DNA of 64,000 bases, taken from NCBI RefSeq assembly GCF_009914755.1, contig NC_060938.1; one strand, given 5' to 3'. The notes under the pieces were generated by a model that saw only the letters and a list, made by a program, of their open reading frames with translations, searched no databases and had not been told where the DNA came from. This document shows positions 62,866 through 64,000 of this stretch, piece by piece (the first letter of the stretch is position 1; each line of letters starts with the position of its first letter). Source of the DNA: the human T2T-CHM13v2.0 reference genome, Homo sapiens. Position numbers and translations under genes: made by a program.

Positions 62866-63052
62866 TCAAAATAACACATAATGTAAATAAGCATGCATAT
62901 GTAGCCTATTTGAACTGGTTCATTAATACATTTTATGCCAGCTTGGTACTGTTTCTAAAATTTTGTTCTACAAACATAGTTTTGCTTTACCACAAAACCT
63001 AAATTTATAGAAATAAAAATTATAAATAAGAGGTAGTACCTAACAGAGTACT

Positions 63053-63233
63053 TGCTCTGGATTGAACTATGTACCCTGAAAATTCATATGTTGAAAACCT
63101 AACCCCCAGTGTGGTTGCACTTGGAGAGAGGGCCTTTAAGGAGGTAAAGTTACATGAGATCATGTGAATGGGCCCAATTGGCTGTTAATTAAGCCACCCA
63201 GTCTGGTTATTGCAGCCTTGGCTGACTAATGTA
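63053..63233 (+). mobile_element. MLT1A-like MaLR LTR, internally deleted
   Basis: aaaattcatatgttgaaaacctaacccccagtgtg start and taagccacccagtctgg...gactaat end. Confidence 0.7.
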
Positions 63234-63288
63234 GCACTGTATATGACAATGTTTGCTCATGAAAGAATAAAGAAATAACTTTAACTTA

Positions 63289-63678
<390 letters not shown>

Positions 63679-64000
63679 TTAGAAAAAGTTAAGGTAAACC
63701 ACAAAGACTCACTAATGAATGAAAGCAAAAATTAAACATTACTGAAATTATACATTTTTAAATAGCAGTACTATTTATGAAAATTTATAAAAATTCAATT
63801 TACATATAACATTTTCACAGTCATCTAATGGACAAAATAAAACACACTTGTACTTCAATGTACATCCAAATTAACTCCAGGATACAAGGTGATATGTAAT
63901 AATTAATGAAAAATGTTAAATGATCTGTATTAACCATAGGTTTTTGATGCTTATACCTCTGGGGCTTTACTGACTCTAGAGTGAATATGTCCTTCCCAGG

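Overview
Primate, most likely human, genomic DNA from the interior of RALGAPA1 (GARNL1/TULIP1, catalytic alpha-1 subunit of the Ral GAP complex), transcribed on the minus strand. Eleven coding exons splice into one continuous open frame from [13 protein letters not shown] to LTPLSDELS. From memory of the reference these are about aa 183-803, exons 7-17; that numbering is recalled, not derived from the window. The introns are mostly repeats: about 40 Alu copies or fragments, an L1PB with both ends but a deleted RT region, old L1M elements, L2, MIR, Tigger3, MER6, a hAT MITE, half of a MADE1 and an MLT1 LTR. An H/ACA snoRNA (SNORA31-like) retrocopy lies antisense just inside intron 7. Most ORFs in the supplied track are Alu/L1 artefacts. 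I found no convincing new multi-gene system. The best leads are RNA-processing signals: a candidate in-frame 93-nt cassette exon in intron 16, a GC splice donor overlapping a poly(A)-signal cluster, a stop-plus-AATAAA read-through after exon 12, and a 31-bp pre-mRNA hairpin. The snoRNA retrocopy also carries an apparent 3' transduction. Repeat subfamily calls and boundaries are by eye and approximate.
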